A program made the translations under genes and the position numbers. Of a DNA stretch of 64,000 bases, positions 60,601-64,000 are shown one piece after another. How positions within the stretch are numbered: the first letter of the stretch is position 1; every line of letters begins with the position of its first letter. This stretch comes from Bilabrum cf. latius (lineage: Eukaryota), in the NCBI GenBank assembly GCA_965178125.1, contig OZ237773.1, forward strand, positions 434,001 through 498,000, given 5' to 3'. The notes below the pieces were generated by a model. That model saw only the letters and a program-made list of their open reading frames with translations. It did not search any database and was not told the DNA's origin.

Positions 60601-61725
60601 ATGAGCAGGTGCTACCGCGCTTTTCTTGGCAGACGACTAGTTCACCATAGGTTCTCGCTGGCACGTCAGCGATTGCCGTTGGTGCCCTCCAAAAGATGTT
60701 TCCGAACGAGTGCAGCTCGAAGTGAAGACGGCTCTGAATCAAAAAGAAGCGCTCCGCAAAGCTGGTGGGAGTCATTTACGGGGCCTGTATTGCCCAAAGA
60801 AGACGAAAACGTCACTCAGGAGAAGCAGCGCAAGATGAAGGTGCTTCGCGACAGGCTGTTCCACAGCAGACTATCAGATGCCATGTCTACATCACAATGG
60901 AAGCTCGGTGTCGCGCAAAGCGAAATAGTGTCGGTGGAAGAAGCACCCGAGTTTCCAGAGATAGCGGTGGAGCCATTGGAATCATCAGGAGACCAAAGCG
61001 CGTTACACTTCCCGAGCGTGGCGAATGGACACGTCACTATAGTCACGATCGGGTTCCGTGGCGCCGCCAGGGAGCACGTGGAGCCCGTGCACGATGCGAT
61101 CATGGAGGCGTTCGGACAGCTGGAGCCCATCTCGGGCGTGTCACCCCTTGCGGCAGCAGCCCCCTCCCCCTCCCCTTCTCCCACCGTGGCCCTGCTGGAC
61201 CTGCAGTACCTCGACAGCGCCCCCCTCTCCTGGCTCAGGCGCATGATCAAGCCCGGCATGCTGGAGGCACTGCGCCCTTCCATCCGACCGTTCGCGTACA
61301 TCTGCCCCCAGGTGCGGGAGGATGTCACCGAGGACGTGCTGGCCTCCCTGGGCATCCACAACCGGGCCATCGGGTGGGTCTTCCTGCTGGACACAGAGGG
61401 CAGGGTCAGGTGGACCATGCACGGGGAACCGGAGCAGGACGAGCTGGTGGCCGCAGTGCAGTGCACCCAGATGCTGCTGCGAGGAGAGACGGGCACAGGG
61501 TCCCGCCCCGAGGCGCCCCCCACCGAGAGCGGGTTCTCGGGCACCGGTGCTGCCACAGCTGAGGAGGAGCAGCAGGAGGAGCAGGGGCAGGAGCAGGGGC
61601 AGGAGCAGGGGCAGGGGGGGGCATCCACCACGGGTGGCACATAGATGCATCCTTCTGGTACAGAGGAGGTCGAGAGGCCTGGCACCTCCACTGGCAGTGG
61701 CTCTCCTGCTGGTAAGGTCGTGTGA
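60601..61725 (+). CDS. ATP10: Mitochondrial ATPase assembly factor ATP10-like
   Basis: Arg/Ser-rich presequence-like N-terminus and LGIHNRAIGWVFLLDTEGRVRWTMHGEP. With TAG 61642 read as Gln the frame ends at TGA 61723-61725. Confidence 0.78.
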
Positions 61726-62662
61726 CGAGTGATGAGAGACTCGTCCGTCGTGATCAGCACCTGCAGAGCAGGTTCCGTCCGCCGCGGCGCCAGAGGTCGC
61801 CGAAGCCGAAGAGAACCTTCGCTGGGAACAGTTGTGGTCGCGGATCCACGCCCAGATCGGCACCGCGCTGCGGAACTACGCCGCGAAACCAACGACGCGC
61901 GGCGCCCCCGGCAGCTGCGAGCTCATGCGGGTGCTGCGACCGATCCTGCTAGTTTAGGTCCCCCGCCATCCCCGGGGGATCTTTGCGAGAGTTCCGTGCT
62001 CCCCTTCTCCGCTAGGTGCTCCTGCCTCTGCACTCATCACACCGCATGGCCAACGAGCTCATCCCCGTGCTCGCCTTCTACCACCAGCACCTCGCGTGGT
62101 ACCTGCTGGCGGCGTGCGGGAGGGCCCCCCATATGTCCGCTGAGTGCCTCCAGGGCTGATGCAGTGCCTCCCCGAGGACAAGGAAAGCGCGAGCAAGAAA
62201 ACGCCGCTCTTTTTGAAAGCCCTACACGATCCAGGCGACCGTTGCAGGCAGCTGCAACGTTCCCGAGCTAATGAGCCAAAGCGGTAACGCAAGCAATTCC
62301 ATTCTTTGATGTTAATTTTTGCTGCACCGTCGCCGGTCCTAAAATTCCGATTTGGTCGCATTATGTGGTCGCAAGTAGTCTGGACGCCTATTTTGTACAT
62401 TGCATCTACTACACGGGTTCACACTTGCATTCCTTGTACAGCACACCAACGCACCCATCATCCAGCCCGGCAATTGCCAATCGCTGGTCCGAGTTGCCAA
62501 ACACGCTGCGAACTCCGGCGGAGCGCTCCCGTCGTCGCTTCCGACCACCCTGCTTGCCCTCTTCAGCCGGCATTCCCGGCCAACAGCCGAAGGCCGCACA
62601 GGTCCCGTTCCTCGCCAGATACACCCGTTCCGCTCCACGAGTGGAATTGTTACCGTTTCAAC

Positions 62663-63865
62663 TCAGCTAACGACGCATCTCCGATTGGCCGTCGCTGCTC
62701 CCTCCACCGGCTCAGCACTAGCGGCAGAGGCAGCAGAAGCAGTAGTAGCAGTAGCATCTGCGGCATTGCCCCCTGAAGAGTCGCTCCGCGGTGGGGCTTG
62801 AGCAGGAGCAGGAGCTGCATCCTCACTGGCTGTGCCGGCCGAGACCTAGATGGCTCCGAGCACCAAGGCACCTGCAGAAAAGGTCACAGCCTGTGGGGCC
62901 ATCATGGGCATGTAGTCATCAATCAGTTTCTTCAAAGATGCCATGAACCCGTCCTCTTCAGTCGCATCCATGGCCTGGGCAAGATTCGGCGGAAGCATCG
63001 CCACGAAGGCCAGCAAGCTCACCGCTTGCTTCCACAGCGGCCAGCACGCGAACGAATGCAGCTGCCCGATCGCGATTGCCAGCAGCAGTGCGTCCGCGAA
63101 GGGACGGAATGATACTACCCGCGACAGACCAGTCATTCTCTCGAACCAGTCCACGGCCCCGCCCTGCGCCCGCCTCACCGCCGCCTTGGCGCGCCGCAGC
63201 AGCCCCCACACAGCCCCGACAACTCCCCTCGTCTCGGTCTCCTAGCGCACCCCAGCGTCGTCATCTAAGCCATGGCGGCTGGGAGGAGTCATGATGGCCA
63301 CGACGAGTGCGAGATCGGCGGGCAGCGCCACGACGGGCTCGCCTGAAGAGAGCACACCGACAGCCCCGGCTGCGCCCGCCCGTACCTCGGGGTCGGCGCC
63401 CTCGCTGTCACTGTCGCTGCCCCTGCCGTCATCGTCGTCCTCCGCCCCTTGTCGTGGGGCGGGCGGCTGCCTAGAATCGGAAGCGGAGAGCTGGGCCGCA
63501 ATGGTCCTAGCCAGGGGGGCGACCTTGGCCAATATCTCCTCAATCGGGTCCGAAGCCCAGAACGTGCGGTGCGAAGGGTCCACCTCCATGCTTCGGGAGT
63601 GCCTGCAGGCAGCAACTAGGTCTCTGGCACTGCTCCCGTGGCGTTTGCTAGCCGCGATTGCGTCTCCCAGGGCCAGGTTCGCCCAAAGAAGCGACTTCCG
63701 CCATAACGGGATGGAGGTCAGGACATGGACCGCCAGATGGGCGTCGGCCACGTGGGCTGCGAATGAACCGTGCACGGCTGGCGTCCCATCCAATGCGGGC
63801 ACTGAGGCAATCATGTGGCACACGATCATTGCAGCGGCAGCCGCCACGATCCGGCCAGCCGCCAT
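62663..63865 (-). CDS. Hypothetical membrane protein
   Basis: Track ORFs at 63242 and 62846 are one frame joined over TAG (63244, 62848) and end at TGA 62665-62663. Hydrophobic N-terminus and TM-like segments. Start is uncertain. Confidence 0.5.
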
Positions 63866-64000
63866 TTTGGTGCTGTTCCTGTCCCGACATGCGAGCGAGT
63901 CGAAAGTCACGGCCACTATTACGAGACCTACCAGGCGGTCCACAGAAGCGACGACAAAATCCCCGAGTGCAGTATAACACATACATGTAATGAAAGAGCT

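Noticed and set aside
61729-62660. Possible gene between ATP10 and the last membrane-protein gene
   Set aside because: I could not build a coherent frame or recognise a domain, even with TAG=Gln.
898-63865. TAG-interrupted genes as pseudogenes or sequencing errors
   Set aside because: Interruptions are exclusively TAG, without frameshifts, TAA or TGA, and they affect core genes such as CWC22 and TFB4 at Gln positions.
898-63865. TAG as pyrrolysine, Leu, or Trp via A-to-I editing
   Set aside because: Paralogue swaps are with CAG and the conserved aligned residues are Gln. No pyl genes are present. U-to-C editing cannot be excluded from DNA alone but seems less parsimonious for nuclear genes.

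Overview
GC-rich, gene-dense eukaryotic nuclear DNA with short GT-AG introns (donors mostly GTGAG). It probably comes from a unicellular protist; a stramenopile or bicosoecid-like flagellate is only a stylistic guess. The main result is a non-standard nuclear genetic code. About 65 in-frame TAG codons (manual count) interrupt 20 of about 26 otherwise intact genes, and I found no internal TAA or TGA in those genes. TAG falls on conserved Gln positions (CWC22, SDHAF3, TFB4), ends a poly-Gln run, and exchanges reciprocally with CAG between two lectin paralogues. So TAG reads as Gln, while TGA (24 genes) and apparently TAA (2 genes) remain stops. The supplied standard-code ORF track therefore fragments most genes. 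Re-read with TAG=Gln, the window encodes CWC22, SDHAF3, an SLC43-like MFS transporter, two bulb-type lectins, eIF3e (plus two truncated copies), an AlkB-family dioxygenase, a bZIP factor, an ankyrin protein, a FATP-type acyl-CoA synthetase, TFB4, a WD40-like protein, a PITH protein, an EGF-bearing OSCA/TMEM63-like channel, p23, an importin-beta-like protein, an EGF membrane protein, an HMG-box/histone-fold fusion, an Rnl2-type RNA ligase, a PTR transporter, a coiled-coil protein, a double-AAA ATPase, AP-3 sigma and ATP10. All gene models were built by hand and no database searches were run.
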